Source: a virus
Lineage: Duplodnaviria; Heunggongvirae; Uroviricota; Caudoviricetes
Virus record (IMG/VR): IMGVR_UViG_3300028797_000103
Location: 23,685 to 87,684 of that record
Direction: 5' to 3' (one strand)
Length of the DNA: 64,000 nucleotides
The notes beneath the pieces were generated by a model. It was given only the letters and a program-made list of their open reading frames with translations, searched no databases and was not told where the DNA came from. Positions 45,701 to 55,439 of this stretch are shown in pieces; the stretch's first letter is position 1; each line of letters begins with the position of its first letter. A program made the translations under genes and the position numbers.

Positions 45701-46927
45701 ATGGCAAAGAAAAGTAGTATTGATTCAACCGGAGGAAGCCGGACCAGTGCATTTGACCTTATAAAATCTTTTGATAAGTCCGCTGAGATTTTATCAGAAA
45801 GCAAAATGGCTGTAATAAAGGATTATATCAACACGGGCAACTATATGCTAAATGCAGCCATGACAGGAAGTTTGTTCCGTGGTGTACCAACTGGAAGAGT
45901 TCTTACACTAGCAGGTGATCCTGGTACCGGAAAATCATTTTTGGCTGTATCCATTTGCAGAGAAGCCCAAAAGAAAGGATATACTCCAGTTTATATGGAT
46001 TCTGAGGGTGCCATAGATGTTGACTTCGTTGAGCGGCTTGGATGTGATTCATCAAATTTTATCATCAAACAGGTTACTACAATTTCAGAAGTTAGTACGT
46101 TTATGGCTAATCTTTTGAAAAAGGTTAACGAGCAACCTGAAGATGAAAAGACAAAACTTATTTTTGTTCTGGATTCTTTGGGTAACCTCACATCGGACAA
46201 GGAGCTTACCGACACTCTTGAGGCAAACAAGAAAAGGGATATGAGCAAGCAGCAGGAAATAAAAGCTTTGTTCAGAACAAACATGACTGCTTTAAGCAGA
46301 GCTCATGCCCCAATGATTGTGTGTAGCCACATATACAGAACACAAGATCTTTTTGCTCAAACTATTGTGTCTGGAGGTTCTGGAATAAATTACGGAGCAT
46401 CGCTGACAATGATGCTTTCAACGGCAAAGCTTGATGAAAAAGCATCCGACAAAGCAGCATCTGAAAGAGTTGGTGATTTCACGAAAACGGGAGTAATTGT
46501 TACGGCGACACCAAAGAAATCTAGGTTTACCATTCCACAAAAGGTTCAGTTCCAGATACCGTTCTTCCATGCTCCAAACCCATATGTAGGTCTTGAAAAA
46601 TATTTGACTTGGGAAAATTCCGGTGTATTGCGAGGAGAACTTCTCACCAAAAAAGAATATGACAAATTGTCTGAAAAGGAAAAGGAAGATTGTCATGAAA
46701 TGGCTGATGTGAACGGTGAGCTGTGCTACGCAAAACAAAACGACAAGTCCAGATACATTGTAGTTAAACATTGTGGTGGAAAGATTCCTGTAACAGAACT
46801 TTGGTCGTCTAAAGTTTTCACAGACGAGTTGCTGCATAAACTTGATGAAGAAGTAATACGTCCAAATTTTGAACTTCCTGCTACAGATTCAATGGCTGAT
46901 ATCGAAGAACTCGTTGACGCAGAATAA
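45701..46927 (+). CDS. uvsX: UvsX/RecA-family recombinase
   Basis: Walker A LAGDPGTGKS, YMDSEGAID, FVLDSLGNL, SGGSGINYGAS; start at ATG 45701. Confidence 0.9.
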   Translation: MAKKSSIDSTGGSRTSAFDLIKSFDKSAEILSESKMAVIKDYINTGNYMLNAAMTGSLFRGVPTGRVLTLAGDPGTGKSFLAVSICREAQKKGYTPVYMDSEGAIDVDFVERLGCDSSNFIIKQVTTISEVSTFMANLLKKVNEQPEDEKTKLIFVLDSLGNLTSDKELTDTLEANKKRDMSKQQEIKALFRTNMTALSRAHAPMIVCSHIYRTQDLFAQTIVSGGSGINYGASLTMMLSTAKLDEKASDKAASERVGDFTKTGVIVTATPKKSRFTIPQKVQFQIPFFHAPNPYVGLEKYLTWENSGVLRGELLTKKEYDKLSEKEKEDCHEMADVNGELCYAKQNDKSRYIVVKHCGGKIPVTELWSSKVFTDELLHKLDEEVIRPNFELPATDSMADIEELVDAE

Positions 46928-47391
46928 TGGAAGAAAATCAGAATCCAATAGATGCTCTCGAAAATAAGTTTGAGGAACGCAGAGGATACTGGGTCTCTTG
47001 GACAGATTCGATGACAAAATGTCTCAAGCAGGTCGATAAACTTGTCGACCTGCAAACAGAGATATATACAAGACGACAGGAAGCGCTTGAGAATTATCAT
47101 ACACTTTCTAACCTTCTGGCAAAAAGAGTAAAAATCTATAAGGAACAATACGCTCAGGCGTATAATACGCTGCGACCGTTAAAGACTTCTCCGGGGGCAA
47201 CAACGTTTATGTATTCAACGGAAGGTGCGCTTAAGGACCAGATAGAGGCGCAACTATCACAGGATAAATACATAATAGATTTGCTGGAGTCGCAAATGAA
47301 TTATATGGACAGCACTATAAAAACCATAGATGGAATCATTTTCGCGATTAGCAATCGAATAAAACTTGAAGAAATGAAGATAGGAAGATAA
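46927..47391 (+). CDS. uvsY: UvsY-like recombination mediator
   Basis: Helical protein directly after uvsX ending LLESQMNYMDSTIKTIDGIIFAISNRI. Confidence 0.6.
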   Translation: MEENQNPIDALENKFEERRGYWVSWTDSMTKCLKQVDKLVDLQTEIYTRRQEALENYHTLSNLLAKRVKIYKEQYAQAYNTLRPLKTSPGATTFMYSTEGALKDQIEAQLSQDKYIIDLLESQMNYMDSTIKTIDGIIFAISNRIKLEEMKIGR

Positions 47392-47972
47392 TGGCAGATG
47401 TAGCCACCTATAAAAAGCTCCACCCACCAAAGCCGGTCTTAGACAGAGATTCTGGCAAACCTCATCAGGGAATATATGTTCCTCGGCACCCAGAAAAGGT
47501 AGTCGGGGGACAGATTGTATATAGGTCTGGCTGGGAGCTTTCGTTTTCTAGGTGGTGTGATGACAATCCCGGTGTGATAGAGTGGGGAGGCGAACCAGTG
47601 TCTATACAATATAGAAATCCAAGTGCGGTTGATTTCGACGCTTGCAGAAAACTTGGAGCCGATCCAATGAACCCGTTAAACTGGCCGATATACAATTACT
47701 ATCCAGATTTTTATTTGAAAATACGGGATGATTCCGTGCCAACCGGTGAGAGAAGGTTGTTGATAGAAATAAAACCGAAATATCAAACAGAAAGACCGAT
47801 TCCGCCTCCACCGAACGCAAAGCTGAGCGAACAGAAGCGATATGTGAATTTGGCGAAAACATATGCACAAAATATAAAGAAATGGGAAGCGGCTAAAGCT
47901 TGGTCGGATTTACATGGATTTGAGTTTAAAGTTTACACGGAAGTAACGTTGGGTCAACTTGGAATAATTTAA
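47391..47972 (+). CDS. gp4: head completion nuclease gp4-like (TnsA-like PD-(D/E)xK fold)
   Basis: IVYRSGWE..F..WCD.NP.VIEW.GE...YYPDF...IEIKP...KWEAA...F...TE. Confidence 0.85.
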   Translation: MADVATYKKLHPPKPVLDRDSGKPHQGIYVPRHPEKVVGGQIVYRSGWELSFSRWCDDNPGVIEWGGEPVSIQYRNPSAVDFDACRKLGADPMNPLNWPIYNYYPDFYLKIRDDSVPTGERRLLIEIKPKYQTERPIPPPPNAKLSEQKRYVNLAKTYAQNIKKWEAAKAWSDLHGFEFKVYTEVTLGQLGII

Positions 47973-47973
47973 T

Positions 47974-48651
47974 ATGAGACAAAAAAACTATTACAGCGAA
48001 TTATATAGACTTCACAAAAAAGATTATGAGAAGATGTCAGAAGACTTTCTCGTAAAGGACACGTTGACCTCACCAAAATACGGCAAGGAAAAACTTCGTG
48101 AGGTTTCTGGTATGGATATGGAGGATGCTTCTCAGACAGATTTCGTACCTGCTATGTTTTATACATTCCTATATAAGTCTCCAACGATGTTCACTAACAA
48201 GAACGCTCCATTTTTAGATGTAGCCCCTTTAATATTGTGCACAAACATATCTGAGACTCGTGTTCAGGGATTTAATATGAATTTCTTGCCGAATGATGTC
48301 AGGGCTAGGCTTTTAGATGTGATAGTAGAAAGTAATCCTGAATTTTACGAAGATGAAACGTCTGATGATTTCAGGACAAACGAAAAACTTGCTATGACGT
48401 TTATGGATCAGAACGGGATGCAGGGTTTTTTGGATATGATGAAAAGAACATCTGTTAAGTTTGACCTTGGGCACGCACTTAGGACATATAGAAGAGATTT
48501 CATTTCAAATGTTAGACTTATAGAAATGGATATGTGGAAATATATACCGTTTTTAAATTTTAAAGACTCTGTAAGAGGTCTTAATCTGGCGAAACTTCAG
48601 GTTGAAGGAACTTTGAAATCGAACGAAGAAGGTAACTCGTTTTCAAAATAA
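47974..48651 (+). CDS. DNA end protector gp2-like
   Basis: MFYTFLY...DVAPLIL...GFNMNFLP..R..LLD; located between gp4 and portal. Confidence 0.65.
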   Translation: MRQKNYYSELYRLHKKDYEKMSEDFLVKDTLTSPKYGKEKLREVSGMDMEDASQTDFVPAMFYTFLYKSPTMFTNKNAPFLDVAPLILCTNISETRVQGFNMNFLPNDVRARLLDVIVESNPEFYEDETSDDFRTNEKLAMTFMDQNGMQGFLDMMKRTSVKFDLGHALRTYRRDFISNVRLIEMDMWKYIPFLNFKDSVRGLNLAKLQVEGTLKSNEEGNSFSK

Positions 48652-48654
48652 ATA
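48647..48654 (+). promoter_or_regulatory. putative late promoter
   Basis: AATAAATA 21 nt before the portal gene. Confidence 0.6.
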
Positions 48655-48675
48655 GATAAAGCGAATATAGCGCAT

Positions 48676-50484
48676 ATGGCTAAAAAATATATACTTAAAA
48701 CAGTAAGCACAGGACCAGACGGAGGCGTAGGGAGAAGCAACAGAAGCTTGGAACGAAACCTTATAAATCTGAGTGCGCTTGGAATAAAATGGAACAGTAA
48801 CCTCATAAAGAACATCAGGACAGATGTTGATATGGGGTATGACGACCAGATACGTGCCGGTGGAATAAACATGTCTATGATGATGGGCGACGATTTCTAC
48901 ACAAGAGCCCACCAGACAATAGCCGGTAACAATCAGTTTATTGCATATTATGACCAGACATATAGGATGAGAAGGGACTTCCTTCGTAAGTTTGCCCTTC
49001 AGTCTGAAATAGATTATGTGTTGGAAACCGTCGCTGATTCTGTCATAGTAAATGACGATATGCATTATTTTGCGTATCCTAATACAAAGAACCTTAAAAG
49101 CATTCTTACGCCGGAGCACGGAAAAGAAATTGTAGACGATCTTAATGGGGCATATAGAAGAATATATCACTTGTTCCATTTCAATGAGTCAAACGACGCT
49201 TGGCACTATGTGAAAAAACTCTTGATTGACGGTTTCTTGGCGTTTGAAATCATTTACAGTGACACAGATAACGGAAGAAAGGCTAAGGATATTATAGGAT
49301 TCAAGGAACTGGATCCGATAACCCTTGCACCAGAAATAAAGATCGGTCCAGATGGAAGCGAATATAAAGTTTGGATTGTAAACAAAGGAAGCAAAGAAAA
49401 CGAACGTGAACTTCTTGATACAAACGTCATCTATATTTCTTGGGCTAAGAATAATTTTGTTTCTCACTTCTCATATTGCGAAAGGCTTATAAGGGCTTTT
49501 AATATGTTGAGAACGTTGGAAAATTCAAGAATTATATGGAACGTTCAGAATGCACAGAAGAGAGTCAAGATTGTTGTTCCGATAGGTTCTACTTCAGAAC
49601 AGATTGCAAAGACAAGACTTCGTGAGCTTGAAGCCTATTATAAGGAAGACATAAACATAGACAATATGTCCGGTGAAATAACCGTTAACGGTCAACCGAA
49701 GTTTTCTTTTGCAAAAACGATGGTGTTCCCATCTAAGGACGGAACAACAACAGAAATCGGAGAAATCGGTATAGAAGGGCACGACATGAATTCAACCGAA
49801 CCTTTGAAATGGTTCTGGCAGAGATTCATCATCGAGACTAGACTTCCGAAGGATAGATTCAATATGATATTTGATGGTTCCGAAACATCAATCGTTCCGG
49901 ATAACAGCACGATGACAAAAGAAGAGTATAGATTCTCGTTGTTCATTGACAGAATTCGTGGAATATTTAAAGAGATATTGATAAAGCCAACTTGGTTACA
50001 GTTCTGTTTGCATCATCCTGAGTTTGCATCGAACAATGTTTTGAAGAACGCGTTTGGTCTGACCTTTACGGAAGAAAATGTATTTAGACTAGCAAAGGAA
50101 GCAGCAAACCTATCAGCCGGTGCAAACATAATTCAGACACTTGCTGGCATTCAGGATAAAAACGGTGTTAATGTTTTCAGCACAAGATTTCTTGTTCAGA
50201 GGTACCTTAACTTTACAGATGACGATTGGAAGCTTAACGAGAAGCTCAAAGCAGATGAGGAAAAAGAAGCACTCGAAAAGCAGAGAGAGCAACAGAATGC
50301 AACACCGCCAGCTGGCGCCGGTGGAGGAGGTGATCTTGGAGGAGGTCTCGGAGGTGGCGACCTTGGTGGAGGTCTCGGCGGCGGTGATCTCGGCGGCGGA
50401 GAGTTAGGAGGAGGCGATCTCGGTGGCGGAGAAGCCCCAGTAGAAACTCCAGCGGAAGCCCCAGTAGAAACTCCAGAAGTTTAA
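48676..50484 (+). CDS. gp20: portal protein gp20-like
   Basis: EIDYVLETVAD, LIDGFLAFEI, LIRAFNMLRTLENSRIIW, LKWF...TRLPKDRF, EEYRFSLFIDRIR; late motif 21 nt upstream. Confidence 0.9.
   Translation: MAKKYILKTVSTGPDGGVGRSNRSLERNLINLSALGIKWNSNLIKNIRTDVDMGYDDQIRAGGINMSMMMGDDFYTRAHQTIAGNNQFIAYYDQTYRMRRDFLRKFALQSEIDYVLETVADSVIVNDDMHYFAYPNTKNLKSILTPEHGKEIVDDLNGAYRRIYHLFHFNESNDAWHYVKKLLIDGFLAFEIIYSDTDNGRKAKDIIGFKELDPITLAPEIKIGPDGSEYKVWIVNKGSKENERELLDTNVIYISWAKNNFVSHFSYCERLIRAFNMLRTLENSRIIWNVQNAQKRVKIVVPIGSTSEQIAKTRLRELEAYYKEDINIDNMSGEITVNGQPKFSFAKTMVFPSKDGTTTEIGEIGIEGHDMNSTEPLKWFWQRFIIETRLPKDRFNMIFDGSETSIVPDNSTMTKEEYRFSLFIDRIRGIFKEILIKPTWLQFCLHHPEFASNNVLKNAFGLTFTEENVFRLAKEAANLSAGANIIQTLAGIQDKNGVNVFSTRFLVQRYLNFTDDDWKLNEKLKADEEKEALEKQREQQNATPPAGAGGGGDLGGGLGGGDLGGGLGGGDLGGGELGGGDLGGGEAPVETPAEAPVETPEV
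50321..50476 (+). repeat. low-complexity C-terminal repeats of the portal gene
   Basis: GGG(D/E)L/GGGL repeats with synonymous variation; two exact 22-nt copies of GAAGCCCCAGTAGAAACTCCAG at 50431 and 50455. Confidence 0.9.
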
Positions 50485-50519
50485 ATTAAAAAGGAAGCAG
50501 TGTTGCTTCCTTTTTAATT
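50484..50519. terminator. bidirectional intrinsic terminator
   Basis: AATTAAAAAGGAAGCA-gtgt-TGCTTCCTTTTTAATT between portal and muramidase. Confidence 0.85.
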
Positions 50520-51275
50520 TTAAATATTATAGCTCGAATATGGTTTTGCTAGAACAGGATAAGACTTTATTATATTGTTCCGTTGTCGTCTGATTTTCCC
50601 CTCGTATTCTGGATCGCTTGCGTATCTAGCTTTTTTTCTTCCAAACAATCTGTAAAATTCTCCGGGGTTTAATATATCATCTGCACTTCTCGTTCCGTTT
50701 TGCATAAAGTCCCTTAACATAATTTTTATATAAGGTTCAATGCAGTCATCCATTGTATCATATATGGAAGCGTTATGACCATTATCATATGAGCCGACTG
50801 AAAACATACTTTTTGTTCTTTGTGCTCTTGATGTTGTTCCGTAGTGGGATTCCCAGTGAGCCTGAGCCATCGCAAGCGGAAGATCGAAGTTATATTTGTA
50901 GCATTGGTATACAAGGTTTTCGATACTGAAATCAATATCATCTTTGCTTTGACCCCTGTAACCAAGAATTCTATCTATCTCTTTTCCTACTGCATCGACC
51001 TTTTCAAGAAAAAGTTCATAATCCTCATCGCTCATATTATAAGGATTTTTTACAGTATCATCTTTTTTGGAAATTTCATCCTCCTTTGAATCTTGATGCG
51101 TTCTATTATATAGTGCGTTAACGCCAGTTGCTCCTCCGATAGACAACCCGGCAGATACAAGAGCTGGGAAAAACTTTTTTGGTATTCTTAGTTCATTTAC
51201 AACGAATTCAGCCCCATATTTTTCAATAAGAGACTCAAGAAGTTTTATGTCTTCGTTTGATAACTTTTTATACAT
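50520..51275 (-). CDS. GH73/glucosaminidase-like peptidoglycan hydrolase with N-terminal leader
   Basis: LAMAQAHWESHYG...SMFSVG...YASDPEYEGKI; ATG 51275 overlaps the upstream stop (TAATG). Confidence 0.75.
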   Translation of the reverse strand: MYKKLSNEDIKLLESLIEKYGAEFVVNELRIPKKFFPALVSAGLSIGGATGVNALYNRTHQDSKEDEISKKDDTVKNPYNMSDEDYELFLEKVDAVGKEIDRILGYRGQSKDDIDFSIENLVYQCYKYNFDLPLAMAQAHWESHYGTTSRAQRTKSMFSVGSYDNGHNASIYDTMDDCIEPYIKIMLRDFMQNGTRSADDILNPGEFYRLFGRKKARYASDPEYEGKIRRQRNNIIKSYPVLAKPYSSYNI

Positions 51276-51505
51276 TATTTGGAAGCGTTTGTCATTGTAC
51301 CCCACTCACCCTCCAATCCTTTTGTTGTAAATCCTGGGGCAAACCCGCTTGGTGTTGAAGATTTGAATGAACCTTTTGTTTTATATGCATCATCTAGAGC
51401 TTTCATCATGTTTCCTAATGTTCCGGGAACGTTTGGATCTAGATTTCCTTGTGGAATTAGTCTTCCACACCCAACATCAACAAGTTTATTAGAATCATTT
51501 GCCAT
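51275..51505 (-). CDS. small late hypothetical protein
   Basis: 76 aa; GATAAATA 22 nt upstream. Confidence 0.55.
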   Translation of the reverse strand: MANDSNKLVDVGCGRLIPQGNLDPNVPGTLGNMMKALDDAYKTKGSFKSSTPSGFAPGFTTKGLEGEWGTMTNASK

Positions 51506-51527
51506 CTCTTTTTTAGATTACTTTCTA

Positions 51528-51535
51528 TATTTATC
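51528..51535 (-). promoter_or_regulatory. putative late promoter
   Basis: GATAAATA 22 nt before 51505 (operon with the muramidase). Confidence 0.6.
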
Positions 51536-51541
51536 ATTTTT

Positions 51542-51554
51542 CCGTATATTTGCA
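51542..51554 (+). promoter_or_regulatory. Bacteroidetes-type promoter -7 element
   Basis: CCGTATATTTGCA before ligA. Confidence 0.75.
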
Positions 51555-51573
51555 AAAACATTTTCTTGTATAT

Positions 51574-53649
51574 ATGATAGACGAGTCAAAAAAGAATAGA
51601 ATCGAACAACTCGTATCGGAATTAAATGAACACAACAGAAGATATTATGTAGAGAATTCTCCAACAATCTTGGATTATGAATTCGACATGCTTATGAAAG
51701 AACTGGAATCGTTGGAAGACGAAACCGGATATATCTTACCATATTCTCCAACACAACGGGTCGGTTCAGATTTACAACAATCTGAATTTAAGGAAGTGAC
51801 TAGAAAAAGAATAATGGGTTCTATCGCAAATTGCTACGACAGAAATGAACTAATCGCTTGGTTGGTAAAGTTTTCTGGAATAGAGAAAATCGCTGAGCCA
51901 AAATATGACGGAACGTCGTGTTCCATCATTTACAGAGATGGTGTTTTGGCTGAGGCGTCTACAAGGGGAAACGGATACAAGGGAGCTGACATAACAGAGA
52001 ATGTAAAGACAATAAAAAATGTTCCTCTACAAATTCCATATAAAGAAGAAATAGAAGTTCGTGGGGAAATACTGCTTCCAAAATCACAGCTTAAACGAAT
52101 AAATCTCGAAAGGGAAGCAAGTGGACTACAGCCGTTTGCCAACGAAAGAAATGCGGCGGCAGGTTCAATAAAACAGCTGGACACGAGAATAACCGCTTCA
52201 AGAAATCTTATTTTCAAGCCATACGGAGTATACTGTGATGACGAAACAATATCAGAAAAGCACCTAAAAAAGCAATCTGATATGTTATTGTTTGCAACGT
52301 CGCTTGGGTTTGGAATACTCAATTTTGAACTGTTCACAGAAACAAATGACGTTATAAAGATTCTCGATAATTTTGAGAACAACTTTTTGTATAAGCAGGA
52401 TTATCGAATGGACGGGATCGTTATAAAGATTAACGATTTTGAAAAACAAACGGAGTTGGGATACACACAGAAGGTTCCACATTGGGCTAAGGCTTTTAAG
52501 TTTAAACAGGAGCAAGCGTCAACCAAATTGAAAGCGATAACTATGCAGATCGGGATGTCCGGTCAGATTAGTTTCGTTGCAGAGCTTGAGCCAATAGATA
52601 TAGACGGCACTACGGTTTCTAAGGCAACGTTAAACAACGTCGATTTTATAAAAGAGAACGATATAAAGGTCGGAAGTTATCTGTTCATATCTAAGGGCGG
52701 TGCGGTTATACCAAGAGTCGATGGTGTAGATTACGAAAGAACCCTTATTAGTGAAAGTGAAGTTTCTGAATTCGTCGAACCAACAATCTGTCCGTTTTGC
52801 GGGCAACCGCTTTCTCGTAAAATAGAAGATGGTGCACATCTATATTGTACAAATAAGGAATGTGATGAAGTTAAAATACAGAAACTTATACATTTTGCGA
52901 AGAAAGAGTGTATGAATATAGACGGTCTTTCCGAAAAGAGTATAAGGAAGCTTTATGAGTGTGGATGTGTTAAAGATTGGTGGGACTTCTTCGGCAAAAG
53001 TCCACTCGATTTTTATTCAGCTGGACTTGGTAAGGTATTGTCAGAAAAAATAGTAGATAATTTGAAGAAATCTGTCGAAACTCTCGGTCTCGATAGGACA
53101 ATCGTGTCTCTTGGAATTCCTATGATTGGAAAAGTGTCAGCAGAGAAAATCGCAAACACATACAAAAACATTGATAGTATAATGGACGCTGTCGAACTTG
53201 GATATTTCACAGTTGATGATCTTGGAGATGTTGCTACAAAATGTTTTTGTGATTTTTTAAAAGATAATGCTACAATGGTGGGGATGGCTGCTGAACTTTT
53301 GCCAAATGCAGTTAAGGAGTCTTCTTCAAAAATCAGCGAAACTCTTTCAGGAATGAAGATTCTCGCTACGGGAAATTTCAAAAATTATAGCAGAGAGGGT
53401 ATCAAACAGTCAATCGTTAACAACGGTGGAACATATGCATCCGGAGTGAATAAAACTCTCACTTATTTGATTGTTGGGAGTGAACCCGGACCGAGCAAAT
53501 TGGAAAAGGCAAAGGAGCTTGGTATAAAAACATTGACGGAATCGGAATATATTGAAATGATTGGAGGAGTTCCAGACACCATTGTGATGACAGTTGTTGT
53601 TAAAAATGAAAAAGAAACCAACCAATCTGAATCTGTAGCACTGTTTTAA
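51574..53649 (+). CDS. ligA: NAD-dependent DNA ligase
   Basis: EPKYDG active site, FANERNAAAGS, MDGIVIK, CPFCG zinc finger, C-terminal BRCT (GSEPGPSKLEKAKELG); start at ATG 51574. Confidence 0.95.
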   Translation: MIDESKKNRIEQLVSELNEHNRRYYVENSPTILDYEFDMLMKELESLEDETGYILPYSPTQRVGSDLQQSEFKEVTRKRIMGSIANCYDRNELIAWLVKFSGIEKIAEPKYDGTSCSIIYRDGVLAEASTRGNGYKGADITENVKTIKNVPLQIPYKEEIEVRGEILLPKSQLKRINLEREASGLQPFANERNAAAGSIKQLDTRITASRNLIFKPYGVYCDDETISEKHLKKQSDMLLFATSLGFGILNFELFTETNDVIKILDNFENNFLYKQDYRMDGIVIKINDFEKQTELGYTQKVPHWAKAFKFKQEQASTKLKAITMQIGMSGQISFVAELEPIDIDGTTVSKATLNNVDFIKENDIKVGSYLFISKGGAVIPRVDGVDYERTLISESEVSEFVEPTICPFCGQPLSRKIEDGAHLYCTNKECDEVKIQKLIHFAKKECMNIDGLSEKSIRKLYECGCVKDWWDFFGKSPLDFYSAGLGKVLSEKIVDNLKKSVETLGLDRTIVSLGIPMIGKVSAEKIANTYKNIDSIMDAVELGYFTVDDLGDVATKCFCDFLKDNATMVGMAAELLPNAVKESSSKISETLSGMKILATGNFKNYSREGIKQSIVNNGGTYASGVNKTLTYLIVGSEPGPSKLEKAKELGIKTLTESEYIEMIGGVPDTIVMTVVVKNEKETNQSESVALF

Positions 53650-53661
53650 ACCACAAAAAAT

Positions 53662-53674
53662 CAGTATATTTGCA
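53662..53674 (+). promoter_or_regulatory. Bacteroidetes-type promoter -7 element
   Basis: CAGTATATTTGCA before the DinG...ECF sigma run. Confidence 0.75.
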
Positions 53675-53677
53675 AAA

Positions 53678-55438
53678 GTGGAAGTTACTATTCAAAAAAT
53701 AGAAAAAGAGGTTGAGGATTGCGCACTTCGTCACTACGGCTCTACTTTTAGGTTTAGACCAAACCAGAAGGAAGCTGTTGTGAATACTGTGTATTCTTGG
53801 CTATCTGGAAGCTGCACAGATATAATATTGCAGGGACCAACCGGATCCGGAAAATCTGCAATAGGTTTACTTGCGGCCGCAGTTATGTCAGAATTTTACG
53901 GAAAGAAAGGATACATTGTTATAAGTGATTTGTCATTGATAAAGCAATATGAAAAAGATGTTGAAAGATTCTTTCCGAAATGGAGCGTAATAAAAGGACA
54001 AGATAATTACATTTGTCATAAAAACGGACTGCCGTTTACTGCTGGTGAGTGTAAATTGAAAGGCTGTAAAAGCTATAAAGACATATTTATGAAGTTTCCA
54101 GATTGTTCATCCAGTTGCCAATATATTCAGGAGAGACTTCGCGCAATGAATTCCGACGTTGTTATATGTACATACGCGTTCTGGCTCATTCAACAGAATC
54201 TCGTGAAGCCGATGGTTGACAACCCGCCGTTTACAACAAGAGACTTCACAATACTCGATGAAGCGCATAAGCTTGTCGGGATTGTTCAAAGTTATTTTTC
54301 TCCAAAATTATCTGAATCAGATGAGGGAAAATTCATAAACATAATGAACAGTGTCGGTGAGGTTGATTCTGAAGTAATAACTGACATTAAACGGATAAGA
54401 GAAAATATATTTTATTCAGAGGACAATCAGGTTATATTCGACAACTTAAAGGAATATGTCGAAAAGGTTGTTATCGTCGCTGATAACGTTGATGCTATAA
54501 TGCGAGAGCTGAGAGAAAAACTTGAACGTGGAGAAGAGATGTCAAAAGAAGACAAGAACCTTGTTCATAACTGCAACTTTGTTGAGGAGCATCTTCGTAC
54601 GTTTGGTTCGTATGTTGGGATAATAGAATCGACGGGCATAGATAATATGGTTAAGAACCCACAGAGCGAATCGGTCATAGCGTTTAACTGTATCGAAGAA
54701 TCTTATCTTATGGGCAGGTATTTTCACAGAAACGCAAAAAACAAATTGTATATGTCGGCGACTATTGGTGAAGCGTCCGCATATGCAAAAGAGGTTGCTA
54801 CAGAAAAATATCTGAGCATAGATATACCGTCGACGTTTGATTTCACAAATTCTCCGATATTCTACATAGACACATATAAGTTGTCATATAAAGAAAAAGA
54901 AACGTCGTTGCCGAGAATAATAGAACTTATCATCGCAACAATAAATATGTATCAAGGGAAACGTGGTATAATTCAAACCGGAAGTTATGATTTCGCAAAG
55001 AAATTATATTTCGGTGTTCCTGACGACATACAACGAAGGCTCATCTTATATGATGATTCAAAAGGAAAGGACGAAGCGATATTTGCGTTCAAGGCATCGT
55101 CTGATAAAATTTTGGTCGGACCAAGTCTAATAGAGGGTCTTTCGTTTGACGACGATTTGTGCAGATTCCAGATCATAATGAAAATACCATATCCAAGTTT
55201 GGCTGATAAGTTTGTTTCGGCGAAACAAAAAATAAGACCGGAGTGGTATTCAAACACAACTGCTATATCAATATTGCAGGGAGTCGGAAGAGGAATAAGA
55301 AGTGAACATGACTGGTGTGTTACTTTCATATTTGACGGGTGCTTTACCAATCTTGCAAGACAGTCATATAAAATGTTTCCGGATGAATTTAAGAGAAGGA
55401 TTAAAATAATACAGCCTAAAGATATATTGGGAGGTTAA
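53678..55438 (+). CDS. DinG/XPD-family SF2 helicase
   Basis: GPTGSGKS, ILDEAHKL, MSATI, LQGVGRGIRSEHD; Cys cluster (ICH...ECK..GC...DCSSSC). Confidence 0.85.
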   Translation: MEVTIQKIEKEVEDCALRHYGSTFRFRPNQKEAVVNTVYSWLSGSCTDIILQGPTGSGKSAIGLLAAAVMSEFYGKKGYIVISDLSLIKQYEKDVERFFPKWSVIKGQDNYICHKNGLPFTAGECKLKGCKSYKDIFMKFPDCSSSCQYIQERLRAMNSDVVICTYAFWLIQQNLVKPMVDNPPFTTRDFTILDEAHKLVGIVQSYFSPKLSESDEGKFINIMNSVGEVDSEVITDIKRIRENIFYSEDNQVIFDNLKEYVEKVVIVADNVDAIMRELREKLERGEEMSKEDKNLVHNCNFVEEHLRTFGSYVGIIESTGIDNMVKNPQSESVIAFNCIEESYLMGRYFHRNAKNKLYMSATIGEASAYAKEVATEKYLSIDIPSTFDFTNSPIFYIDTYKLSYKEKETSLPRIIELIIATINMYQGKRGIIQTGSYDFAKKLYFGVPDDIQRRLILYDDSKGKDEAIFAFKASSDKILVGPSLIEGLSFDDDLCRFQIIMKIPYPSLADKFVSAKQKIRPEWYSNTTAISILQGVGRGIRSEHDWCVTFIFDGCFTNLARQSYKMFPDEFKRRIKIIQPKDILGG

Positions 55439-55439
55439 T

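Noticed and set aside
47391-47972. TnsA-like nuclease as evidence of a Tn7 element
   Set aside because: Motifs and position next to gp2 and portal identify it as T4 gp4-like head completion; no TnsB/C or transposon ends.
53678-55438. DinG as part of a type IV CRISPR system
   Set aside because: No cas genes or repeat-spacer array anywhere in the window.
26971-55438. Inteins or group I introns in uvsW, uvsX, portal, ligA or DinG
   Set aside because: Lengths are near family norms, motifs are contiguous, and no splicing or homing-endonuclease signatures were seen.
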